Shown: positions 8,101 through 18,874 of the stretch, one piece after another
Numbering within the stretch: position 1 is the stretch's first letter
How the letters are laid out: each line of letters begins with the position of its first letter
Source of the DNA: Candidatus Electrothrix yaqonensis
Lineage (GTDB): Bacteria; Desulfobacterota; Desulfobulbia; Desulfobulbales; Desulfobulbaceae
DNA length: 32,000 bases
NCBI GenBank assembly: GCA_047651235.1
Contig: CP178758.1
Location: 660,001 to 692,000 of the forward strand
Reading direction: 5' to 3'
Notes under the pieces: generated by a model
Told to the model about the DNA's origin: nothing
What the model saw: only the letters and a program-made list of their open reading frames with translations
Database searches by the model: none
Program-made: the position numbers and the translations under genes

Positions 8101-8418
8101 GCAATAAACATCCCATCTGCCTTGGTGTTGAACAAAAAGCCGCCTGTATGTTCATCGCCCGGCAGATGGGTGGCGATCAGCTCAACCTGTTGGCGGAATG
8201 GTGACTATCATTTCGCTTCTAATAAAAAAGCTGCTTGTAACGAATTCTACATACGATCAATCGCAAGTGCCCCCACGCTGCTTCCCGTTTCTTCACCGCC
8301 TCCGAACCTTCTATCCCCGCGTGCTCCTGATCCGCCCTGCATGAACAGAATTCATATTGCATAAAGAACCGGAATATTCTACTCTGCTGGCAATGACCTG
8401 GAGTGCAGTAAAAATCAG

Positions 8419-8796
8419 TCAACCTTCCGGGCCCTCTGGACTCCGGGCCGCAGAAGCATTCTGTGTATCTTTAGAATGTTGTATGCTTTCCTGTTGCTGC
8501 TGTTGCTGATACACCCGATCATTGCGCTCATACAGGGCAAAGTAAAAGCCGAACAGGATGCCGAAGGTGAAAAAAATACGGGCAATCCTGTCCCAAGCAG
8601 GCCGTTTTCCATTATGGAGAAAACGGATCACCGCTACCAGAATCCAGGTAAAGCCGATACAGTAGGGCGCTGTGGTCAGCAGCTGCTCCACAGTGCCTGC
8701 CAGGCTGCTGCCCGCAGATGCTCCTAACCGGAGATGAAAGAGCAGATAGACTGCGGCTGTCAGCGCAAAGCTTATTTTTTCACGAATTGTCTGCAT
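8419..8796 (-). CDS. Small integral membrane protein (about 3 TM) with a poly-Q tail, unknown function
   Basis: Start taken at the internal ATG 8796 (MQTIREKISFALTAAVYLLF...), because the upstream part of the 199-aa ORF is antisense to the 8798 gene. Hydrophobic segments followed by QQQQQQ. Confidence 0.5.
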   Translation of the reverse strand: MQTIREKISFALTAAVYLLFHLRLGASAGSSLAGTVEQLLTTAPYCIGFTWILVAVIRFLHNGKRPAWDRIARIFFTFGILFGFYFALYERNDRVYQQQQQQESIQHSKDTQNASAARSPEGPEG

Positions 8797-8797
8797 A

Positions 8798-9970
8798 ATG
8801 TCTTTTGAGATCGCGTATATTTTTCCGGACACCCTGCCTGACGAGGCGCTGGTCTTTCCGCTTGTCCAGCTTGTTGACCGGGTTGTGTTCCTTCGGCCTG
8901 CGGAAAACGATGAACCGGAAGCGGAGGAGTTGACCCCGTTCCTGCGGGAAATGACGGAACAGCAGTGCATCAGCTCTGCCTGTCCGGCTCCGCTGCGGCA
9001 GGACCGGGACCGGTTCATGCAGCTGCTCCAGGATATCCGCTCCCGGCCTGATGATTATGCCGGACATCTCAGCAGCCTGTCCGCAGGATTCGGCAGCATT
9101 GGCAGCATCGGCGAGCGGCAGGAAAGCGAACATGCCATCATGGAGACCCTGCTTGCCCAGACCGGTATCCGGGCACCGCTCCGGGACACTCTTCCTGAAC
9201 CTACCCCTGAACCGGCAAAGGGGCAAGAGGAGAAACAGCGTTCTTTGCTTCTCTGGCAGGCTAGGCTGCTGCTCAAACTCGGGGAAACCGTTGACCGGAG
9301 CCGGGCGGAAATCCGGCGCAATCTGGATGCCCTGGCTCGGCGGGAAAAAACATTGCTGCAGGATCTGCGTCAGGAACAAGAAACCGGACAGCTTTTGTCT
9401 GCAGCAAACCTTGGCGAGCAGGAGGAGATGTCAGCCGGGCAGCAGCGGCTGCGCCTAAAGGCATGGGCCCGGCTTTTTGCCGCCGGAGAGCAACCGCCCC
9501 AGTCCGCTGTCTTTATCACCCGGAGTGCTAATGCCTTTGAAACACTCTTTGATCACTTTGAGCACAGTAGAGAGACTGCCCGGCCGGAGCAGCTGCTCAC
9601 CCTGTCCCTGCCTGCAATTCTGAACAGGGATGGAAGAAAATTTATGCAACAGCGGTGCTGTTTTCAGGAAGCTGCGGCGGAGCTGCTCAGGCTGTTCAGT
9701 ACAGCAATACATGCACAGCAGCCGTTGACGGAGAAAGCAGAGAAAGAAATGCAGGATGAATGGGCCGCTCTTCTGGAGCAGCATTATCCGGCAGGGGAAA
9801 CCGGACGCTGCAGGCTCTCTCTGTATTCGGTTCCTGAGTCCACTCCGCAGAAACTGTTTGTGGAAACCTTTGCGCCCGGAGACAACAGGGCGGACAGGGT
9901 ACGTTCAGCCGGAACAGAAGAAAAAGGCAACAAAGGGAACGGAACGGTTATCGGGCTGCTGGAGGTGTAA
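8798..9970 (+). CDS. Hypothetical protein, 390 aa, acidic and helical, no recognised domain
   Basis: Long ORF followed by a terminator. I recognise no family. Confidence 0.6.
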   Translation: MSFEIAYIFPDTLPDEALVFPLVQLVDRVVFLRPAENDEPEAEELTPFLREMTEQQCISSACPAPLRQDRDRFMQLLQDIRSRPDDYAGHLSSLSAGFGSIGSIGERQESEHAIMETLLAQTGIRAPLRDTLPEPTPEPAKGQEEKQRSLLLWQARLLLKLGETVDRSRAEIRRNLDALARREKTLLQDLRQEQETGQLLSAANLGEQEEMSAGQQRLRLKAWARLFAAGEQPPQSAVFITRSANAFETLFDHFEHSRETARPEQLLTLSLPAILNRDGRKFMQQRCCFQEAAAELLRLFSTAIHAQQPLTEKAEKEMQDEWAALLEQHYPAGETGRCRLSLYSVPESTPQKLFVETFAPGDNRADRVRSAGTEEKGNKGNGTVIGLLEV

Positions 9971-9993
9971 AAAAACTGAACAACTACCGGGAA

Positions 9994-10030
9994 GGCGGAC
10001 AGCATCCGCCGCCCCTTTCTTCTTTCTTTT
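9994..10030 (+). terminator. Rho-independent terminator after the 390-aa ORF
   Basis: GGCGGA-CAGCA-UCCGCC hairpin followed by a U-rich tract (CCCCUUUCUUCUUUCUUUU). Confidence 0.55.
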
Positions 10031-10047
10031 ATGCACCTGAGCTTCAG

Positions 10048-10536
10048 TTACTTTTTGGCAGGAGCAGCAGGATATCCCTGCTTGGGGCCGTATGCCTGGC
10101 TTAATGCCTGCAGCCCGCCTTTCAGGATGTAGACATTGTCAAAGCCGATATGACGGAGCGCTGTGCCCGCAACGGTGGCCCGTGCACCGGACTTGCATAT
10201 GATCATCACCGGCTTGTCCGTGGGAATGCGCTTGAGATTTTCCTCCTTGAACAGCTCGTTAATCGGGATTGCCATACTGCCGGGCAGGGTCATGCCGAGC
10301 ATACCGGCCTCTTTCGATGTCCGCACGTCTATGGCCACGAACTCCTTGCCAGCCTGCACATCCTTGATGAACCCGTCCGGCTTGACAAAATGCAGTTCTT
10401 TTCCCACTTTGGCACCATCTGCCGGGGCGAACAGTTCTGCGTAGCTTGCAGCCATCTCAGTATTATAGGACCACGCTGCTGAACTGGTGCTTATGCATAT
10501 TCCGACGGCAGCAAGCATAAGAAGTTTTTTTCTCAT
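10048..10536 (-). CDS. Periplasmic rhodanese-domain sulfurtransferase
   Basis: 162 aa with a signal peptide (MRKKLLMLAAVGICISTSSA) and a rhodanese active-site loop, ICKSGARATVAG. Confidence 0.85.
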   Translation of the reverse strand: MRKKLLMLAAVGICISTSSAAWSYNTEMAASYAELFAPADGAKVGKELHFVKPDGFIKDVQAGKEFVAIDVRTSKEAGMLGMTLPGSMAIPINELFKEENLKRIPTDKPVMIICKSGARATVAGTALRHIGFDNVYILKGGLQALSQAYGPKQGYPAAPAKK

Positions 10537-10943
10537 TGAATTATCCTCCGGTTGCTCCGATTTTGATCAGAAAATCAGGTGAAAAGCGGAGCCTGCTTTT
10601 TCCCTGGAAAAGAAACAGGCTCTTTCTTACCTGAAAACAAAAGAAGCCGCAAGTTTTTTATAAAATGATATCAGGAGGGAGCAGATGAGGGATGAAGCTC
10701 GGTTTTCCAGCAGGCAGTCCTCCCGCAATCTGAAGAACAAGCCGTTTCCTGTTCAGGAGTTTCTTAAACCGGGTAATGGACACTTTCAGACTGATTCCAG
10801 GAGTACTTTTGTCGTTTTTACCAATTTGTAAATTTTATTAAATATGTTTAGTGTAACTATGAAATTATCAAACAAAAGTACAGGAACGATAATCTCTATT
10901 ACATATTATATTAATGTTGATATGTTTTTTTCTGGAATAGGCA

Positions 10944-10972
10944 TTGACAGGGGGGGGTAAATTTTGTACTCT
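10944..10972 (+). promoter_or_regulatory. Candidate sigma70 promoter with a G8 homopolymer inside the spacer
   Basis: TTGACA (10944-10949), then a 17-nt spacer that starts with GGGGGGGG (10950-10957), then TACTCT (10967-10972). It lies in an AT-rich ~900-bp intergenic region upstream of the leader RNA and the 986-aa gene. Confidence 0.35.
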
Positions 10973-11163
10973 TCATTTAATAATGTTAAAAAGCTATATA
11001 GAAAGTAGCATTAGTGGCCTGACGCCTTCTTTTGTACTGATAGAGGCGGGCTGCAGTGCAGTTTTCGGGCAAACAGAATTCATTGATCATAAGTACCGAT
11101 ATTAACTCTATCCATTCATAAATTCATAACAATGGCAATGCTTATTCAGTAAGCAGGTGCTGT

Positions 11164-11298
11164 GCTTTCCGGTCGATGACGGAAAGCTGATAAAGCCACA
11201 ACCGCTGCGAGGCGGTGTCGGAAAGTCGCGGGTCTCCGCAGGGGAGACGGCCGGACTGCCTGCTTTTTATAAATCTATATACCGGGAGGTATGTTATG
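11164..11298 (+). promoter_or_regulatory. Structured 5' leader RNA, copy 1 (riboswitch-like; GEMM-I-like core, class unconfirmed)
   Basis: Three hairpins: 11164-11187; 11201-11216 with GCGA loop; 11232-11248. Conserved single-stranded blocks are shared with 18875-19010, with compensatory changes in the stems. The element ends at the SD and ATG of a short ORF. Confidence 0.6.
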
Positions 11299-11454
11299 CA
11301 ATCCGCCGAAACGGGGTTCACCCGATTCTTTCACTCCTGCCGTAATCATTCTCCTCCTTCCGTCCTGAAGAAAGAGCGTTTCTGCCGGAAGCGTTTACAG
11401 ACGGACGGCTTGGATATTATTCAACGCAACAACATAACGGAGGAAGAGAAGTGA
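11296..11454 (+). CDS. Short leader ORF (52 aa), possibly translationally coupled to the downstream gene
   Basis: GGGAGG SD 6 nt upstream of ATG 11296. Its stop overlaps the GTG start of the next gene (GTGA at 11451-11454). No recognisable domain. Confidence 0.35.
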   Translation: MQSAETGFTRFFHSCRNHSPPSVLKKERFCRKRLQTDGLDIIQRNNITEEEK

Positions 11455-14411
11455 AGACACATTGGTTTAAAACAGTACCGGTGACAGCCGGTCTGCTGCT
11501 GGGCTTCGGCCTGACGGCTGGCCCGGCCTTTAGCGAGGTGCAGTTTACGGACAGCGGGCAGATTCTGGGAAGCAATTATACTTGGGAGGCGGTGCTGGGT
11601 GATCTGGATGGTGACGGCGATCTAGATGCTTATTGTGCGAACGCTGGAACTCAACCCGACAAAGTATGGCTGAACGACGGAACGGGTATCTTCAGCGATA
11701 GTGGGCAGGCTCTTACTGGCAATCTGCACAGTGGTGCTGTAGCACTGGGCGATCTGGACGGTGACGGTGATCTGGATGCCTTTGTAGGTAAATCAAACTA
11801 CCTTACAGTGTTGATGAATGGCGGGACAGGCAGTTTTTCAGACACGGGACAGCGATTGAACAGTTACGGCACTCACGCTGTGGCACTGGGTGATGTGGAC
11901 GGCGACGGTGATCTGGATGCTTTTGCCGGAAGGTGGGGGCAGCCTACTCATGTATGGATGAATGACGGATCAGGCATTTTCACCGACAGCGGCCAGGAGC
12001 TGGGCGATTCGGGATCACTTGATTGTGATATCGAATTGAGGGATTTAGACGGTGACGGCGATTTGGATGCTTTCGCTGCGAATCATGGGACAAGCGGCAA
12101 TCCGGTCTGGCTGAACGACGGTGCCGGAAATTTTTCTCTCCACGCAAAGCTGGGCAACTTAAGCAGTCATAGCATTGCCTTGGGCGACTTGGATGGCGAC
12201 GGTAATCTGGATGCCTTTGTCGGAAATGTATATGATCCGGATCAAATATGGTTGGGAGACGGAGCAGGCAATTTTATCGATAGCGGCCAGAATCTTGGCG
12301 ACACAATGAGCCTTGAGGTTTCCCTGGCAGACCTAGACAGCGACGGCGATCTGGATGCTTATGTGGCGACCGGCAATATCTGGACCCGGCGTAGCGAGAC
12401 CGACAAGATTTGGCTGAACGACGGATCAGGTGTCTTTTCCGACAGCGGACTGCCTTTGGCATATGCGGCCAACAGTTCCATCCCGTTAGGTGATCTGGAT
12501 GGCGACGGTGATTTGGATGCCTTCAGTGCGGCCTATGGGAACAATGTGGCCTACGGGAACAATACGGTTTGGATGAATGAGTCGGATGGAGTTATTGTGT
12601 ATTACCCGCTGGACGGCAATGCGGAAGAAGCAAATAACAACGCATATGACGGGACAATTCACGGTGCCACGCCAACGACGGATCGTTTTGGTCAGACTGA
12701 CGGGGCAATGCACTTTGACGGAGATGACTATATTGTCACACCGTTTAATATGAGTCAGGAATTTTCGCCTTACGCTCCGGTAACCGTTTCTTTCTGGTTC
12801 AAAGTTGATCCGTCAGACGCTGCTCAGCAAAATACTCTCATTTTTGGTGGAGCCCCTGGCGGAGGCCCAGATTTTATGGCGGGGTTAAACAATGGTATTG
12901 TGAGGAGCAGACTGTACGGCGGTGCTCCGTTAGGAGAATCGGATACAACGTATGCCGATGGAGAATGGCACTATGTAGTATTTGGAAATTACGGCAGCGG
13001 AATCTATGATACCTATTTCTATATTGATGGGCAAAGGCAATCGAACACTCCTTCATTATATTATAATGGAAACGATGTCGGCGGTTACAATCGGGAGGAA
13101 CAGCTTACACTAGGATGCAGGGTCTGGAATTTTACGACTCCAAGTAATTTTTTTATCGGTGATATTGATGACTTTAAAATTTTCTATAATCCTTCACAAC
13201 AGGATGCCGACGAAGATGGTGTTGCAGATGACGAGGACAACTGTCCGAACGTAGCCAATGCAGATCAATCTGATGAAGACAATGACGGCATCGGTGATGC
13301 CTGCGATACCTGCGGGCAGGATCCGGAGAATGATGCGGACGGCGACGGCGTTTGCGGGGATGTGGATGTCTGTCCGGGACATAACGATGCTGTGAATGCT
13401 GACGGCGACAGTGCGCCGGACGGCTGCGATGCCTGCCCGAACGACCCGCAGAACGATGCGGACGGCGACGGAATCTGCGGGGATGTGGATACCTGCCCGA
13501 ACGATGCCGACAACGATGCGGATAACGACGGAATCTGCGGAGATATGGATACCTGTCCAAACGATGCTGCTAACGATGCGGACAACGACGGTGTCTGCGG
13601 GGATGTGGATGCCTGCCCGAACGATGCGGACAACGATGCGGACGGTGACGGAACCTGCGGAGATGTGGATACCTGCGCAAATGATCCTGATAACGATGCG
13701 GACGGCGACGGAGTCTGCGGAGATGTGGATATCTGCCCGAACGATGCTGCTAACGATGCGGACAGCGACGGAATCTGCGGAGATGTGGATGCCTGTCCGA
13801 ACGATGCGGATAACGATGCCGACAATGACGGAATCTGCGGAGATGTGGATGTCTGCCTGCTTGGTGATGATAATCTGGACACAGACGGCGACACAGTTGC
13901 CGATGACTGCGATGTATGTCCACTGGATATCGAGAATGATGCAGACGGTGACGGCATTTGTGAATCGGATGACAACTGCCCGACTCTGGCCAACACCAAT
14001 CAGTCGAACGTGGACGGCGACGAGTACGGCGACGCCTGCGAGCCTGACAATGACGATGACGGCGTGATTGATGATAACGACAATTGCCCGCTGGACGTCA
14101 ATGCCGATCAGGCGGACTACGACGGTGACGGTGTCGGCGACGTCTGCGATGCGGACACGGACGGCGACAACGTGATTGATGCGGATGATGTGTGTCTGGA
14201 AACGGCTGTGGGCGCACCGGTACTTGCCAACGGCTGCTCAGTGGATCAGGAATGCGTGTGTGAGGCGAAATGGAAGAACCACGGTGCCTATGTACGATGT
14301 AATGCACATGCCTGTGAGGATCTGGTTGATGCAGGTCTGCTCACCGAAGCGGAGAAGGACGCGATCATGTCCGAGGTCGGAGAATCTGACTGCGGGCATA
14401 AGAAGAAATAA
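11451..14411 (+). CDS. Large secreted protein: FG-GAP/VCBS repeats + LamG (concanavalin-A-like lectin) domain + thrombospondin type-3 Ca-binding repeats
   Basis: GTG start with GGAGGAAG SD and signal peptide (TAGLLLGFGLTAGPAFS). About 8 repeats centred on GDLDGDGDLDA(F/Y) and WLNDG(S/T)G.F. LamG-like block (GAMHFDGDDYIV...VSFWFKV...GEWHYVVF...IGDIDDFKIFY). More than 12 D-x-D-x-DG-x-C/D TSP3-like repeats. Confidence 0.9.
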   Translation: MKTHWFKTVPVTAGLLLGFGLTAGPAFSEVQFTDSGQILGSNYTWEAVLGDLDGDGDLDAYCANAGTQPDKVWLNDGTGIFSDSGQALTGNLHSGAVALGDLDGDGDLDAFVGKSNYLTVLMNGGTGSFSDTGQRLNSYGTHAVALGDVDGDGDLDAFAGRWGQPTHVWMNDGSGIFTDSGQELGDSGSLDCDIELRDLDGDGDLDAFAANHGTSGNPVWLNDGAGNFSLHAKLGNLSSHSIALGDLDGDGNLDAFVGNVYDPDQIWLGDGAGNFIDSGQNLGDTMSLEVSLADLDSDGDLDAYVATGNIWTRRSETDKIWLNDGSGVFSDSGLPLAYAANSSIPLGDLDGDGDLDAFSAAYGNNVAYGNNTVWMNESDGVIVYYPLDGNAEEANNNAYDGTIHGATPTTDRFGQTDGAMHFDGDDYIVTPFNMSQEFSPYAPVTVSFWFKVDPSDAAQQNTLIFGGAPGGGPDFMAGLNNGIVRSRLYGGAPLGESDTTYADGEWHYVVFGNYGSGIYDTYFYIDGQRQSNTPSLYYNGNDVGGYNREEQLTLGCRVWNFTTPSNFFIGDIDDFKIFYNPSQQDADEDGVADDEDNCPNVANADQSDEDNDGIGDACDTCGQDPENDADGDGVCGDVDVCPGHNDAVNADGDSAPDGCDACPNDPQNDADGDGICGDVDTCPNDADNDADNDGICGDMDTCPNDAANDADNDGVCGDVDACPNDADNDADGDGTCGDVDTCANDPDNDADGDGVCGDVDICPNDAANDADSDGICGDVDACPNDADNDADNDGICGDVDVCLLGDDNLDTDGDTVADDCDVCPLDIENDADGDGICESDDNCPTLANTNQSNVDGDEYGDACEPDNDDDGVIDDNDNCPLDVNADQADYDGDGVGDVCDADTDGDNVIDADDVCLETAVGAPVLANGCSVDQECVCEAKWKNHGAYVRCNAHACEDLVDAGLLTEAEKDAIMSEVGESDCGHKKK
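13311..13853 (+). repeat. In-frame 60-bp (20-aa) tandem repeat array encoding CPNDADNDADxDGxCGDVDx
   Basis: One unit at 13311-13370, one degenerate unit, then seven contiguous 60-bp units at 13434-13853. Confidence 0.85.
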
Positions 14412-14440
14412 CAGACTCTTTTAACAGATAATACTGAACA

Positions 14441-14470
14441 GGGCGGGGCCGTGAGGCTCCGCCTTTTTTG
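14441..14470 (+). terminator. Rho-independent terminator after the 986-aa gene
   Basis: GGGCGGGGCC-GUGA-GGCUCCGCC hairpin followed by UUUUUUGUU. Confidence 0.7.
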
Positions 14471-14644
14471 TTGCGGCTGTACAGAACATCCGGCAAGGAA
14501 TCATGAATTGATTGCGCAGGCGCCCGACTATGCGGACTTTCAGCGGAACTTACAGCAGGTGAACAAGGACTTGGCGGCGTTGGCTTCTCCTGACACGTAA
14601 GGGCGAAAAATCTTTCGCCCCTCCAAAGCGCCCCGGCTCCCGCA

Positions 14645-14672
14645 TTGACACCCTGCACATCATTCTTATCTT
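14645..14672 (+). promoter_or_regulatory. Candidate promoter for clpB
   Basis: TTGACA (14645-14650), 16-nt spacer, TATCTT (14667-14672), about 75 nt upstream of the clpB start. Confidence 0.35.
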
Positions 14673-14747
14673 TTTCTTCAGGAGAAGAAAACCCTCCCCC
14701 ACGGTTTTGCACGCAAAAAGAGAATACAGGCAGAAGAGAGAGGAACT

Positions 14748-17336
<2,589 letters not shown>

Positions 17337-17367
17337 CGTAACCGCTCCAAATCGATTTTACTGCACC

Positions 17368-17397
17368 AAGGCGGACATAACGTCCGCCTTTTGTTTT
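17368..17397 (+). terminator. Rho-independent terminator after clpB
   Basis: AAGGCGGAC-AUAA-CGUCCGCCUU followed by UUGUUUU. Confidence 0.7.
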
Positions 17398-17474
17398 GAC
17401 ATCGGTTCTGAAAAAAGTTACCGTACCCCAAGATAACCTGCAGCTCATTTTGCTCAAGAAATAACAAAAAGGGT

Positions 17475-18477
17475 TAATTCTACTTTGGCACTCACAAAGG
17501 CTGTGGTAATAATTTGCAATTCGGTTGTTTCTCATATGCGAAATCAATCGAAGCTTGCCTCTTTTCATGCCGTTGACGAAGCTGTCTTATAACTTCATCT
17601 TCGTTTACATCTCGACGTGGAAGAATTGACTTGAGTAATGTTGTTATATCAGCGCAACTCAATAACGGGACACCGACTTGATGGTATAATCGTTGCTCGA
17701 CCATAAACAACATGGCCATCATGACCATAGTCATATGATGATGCCAAGCCAGCCATCCCCGAGCCTTAGCCTTAAGACAACGTTCCTTGTCATCCGTCCA
17801 GCTTTTCGGTAAATACAGCCGACAGTCGATCGGCGTTGAAAAGCGACCATATCCCAAAGTTGCAAACACTACTACTTGACAGTTGTCGGTTTTACCAAGC
17901 TGCCCGCACCATTGACGAGAAACCCCAACAGACATTTTACCCTTTTTGGGTATCCCGGATTCATCAATAAAAAGAGCGCTATCTTCCTTTCCTCCAAAAA
18001 TGTTATCCGCATCTTTAGCTACGTGGTTGTTTACAGGACGCCAATCCCAGTTCGATTCGGAAAGAAAATACTGGAGGGGCTCATATTTAACGCCCGGAAC
18101 CTTTTCCTCCATACGTTCCATGTTTTTTTGTCAGACTGGAATAAACCTTTCAAGTATTGGAATGCTTTATCTGACAAACTTACCGTATGTCTCTTAAAAA
18201 AATGATGATATCTTTCGTGAAAAGACGTAAGTTGCCGGGCGATGCCGGTCAACTCAAAGAATTTGTCATGGGGACTTCTTTTTTCGGGGCTGGGAGCGTT
18301 CATAAAAAGAATAAAGTTATAATCAGGGCGATTGACGGGTATTTTTTTGATAGCTGTTATCAGGTGCTATCTTGATCAAAAAGCGATAAAATCTTCCTAA
18401 TGAAAGATACAACTTTATCCGGATATTGCAAGAAGTTTTTACAAATAGATCAAAAGGTTATGGTTGACAAAGTAGAA
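17475..18477 (-). mobile_element. Defective IS701-family-like insertion sequence, copy A
   Basis: 1003 bp shared with 27626-28628 at constant offset 10,151, roughly 97% identity by eye. Imperfect terminal IRs: TAATTCTACTTTG... at the left and ...CAAAGTAGAA at the right. Boundaries +/- 3 bp. AT-richer than the surroundings. Confidence 0.8.
17492..18303 (-). pseudogene. IS701-family (COG5659-type) DDE transposase, frameshifted and internally deleted
   Basis: ORFs 18303->18031 and 18121->17492 join by a -1 shift at an A7 run (T7 at 18123-18129 on the + strand). The junction reads ...AFQYLKGLFQSDKK|NMERMEEKVPGVKYEPLQYFLSESNWDWRPV. LFIDESG (first D) is present. The sequence then passes from YLPKSWTDDKERCLKAKA directly to RGWLAWHHHMTMVMMAMLF, so the central catalytic region seems to be missing. 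Confidence 0.7.
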
Positions 18478-18874
18478 GTAACGGGGGCTTGTTTTAGAAG
18501 CATGTTTTTCAAACAGCTTCTCAGACAGGCTGCCATAAAAATTACGCATCCGCTTTTCTGTTTCGGGAGAATATGCCTGTATCTTCATGACCGAATGAGC
18601 ATAAACGCAACTATGAAATTCTCAATGACCTGTCAGCAAGTTCCGTAGTTATTAAATTTTCATTCCATATCAGCATGGAGCGGGATGATTCCGTAATTTC
18701 TGAGGCCAGAACCTCCATATGCACCCTTTACCAAGGGCACTTCTCCCGCTACCTTTCCATCCCCCTGTTCCGCAGTCTGCACCGCAAAAAACTTGACATT
18801 TTGTGCTCGTTAGAGTTACATGGAAGATACAGGGAGCTACTTCTCATCTTTGCACCAGTTCTCTGATATAATAT

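Noticed and set aside
8112-8170. 10-bp perfect inverted repeat CCCATCTGCC / GGCAGATGGG with a 39-nt spacer, just after the lipoprotein gene.
   Set aside because: It could be a long-loop terminator, but no U-tract follows and the loop is large. There is not enough evidence to call a function.
13174-14067. Long ORFs on the minus strand and in alternative plus frames (128-244 aa; Ser/Pro-rich, Arg-rich or Met/Thr-rich) across the TSP3 repeat region.
   Set aside because: They are frame or antisense shadows of the GAY/GGN/TGC-rich 60-bp coding repeat. They have low-complexity translations and no SD. The plus-frame 986-aa protein has clear domain content.
14471-14747. Looked for a CIRCE element (TTAGCACTC-N9-GAGTGCTAA) or a clear sigma32 promoter upstream of clpB. 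Also noted a 31-codon open tail (ELIAQAPDYADFQRNLQQVNKDLAALASPDT*) at about 14496-14600.
   Set aside because: There is no CIRCE-like inverted repeat. A CTTCAGG-N13-CCCCCACGG match to the sigma32 consensus is too weak to call. The short open tail has no start codon or SD, and may be a gene remnant or chance.
18478-18588. Minus-strand ORF start (MKIQAYSPETEKRMRNFYGSLSEKLFEKHASKTSPRY...) reading into the right end of IS copy A. It might be the N-terminus of another (IS630-like?) transposase interrupted by the IS.
   Set aside because: Only 37 codons, no SD, and the similarity to the IS630 N-terminal pattern (AYS.D.R.R) is too vague to support a call without a database search.
18867-18872. TATAAT hexamer just upstream of leader copy 2, as its promoter -10.
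   Set aside because: There is no acceptable -35 at 16-18 nt. A start ~7 nt downstream would cut into the conserved first hairpin, and copy 1 has no equivalent. A weak TTGACA-17-TTACAT (18793-18821) further upstream is an alternative, but it is also unconvincing.
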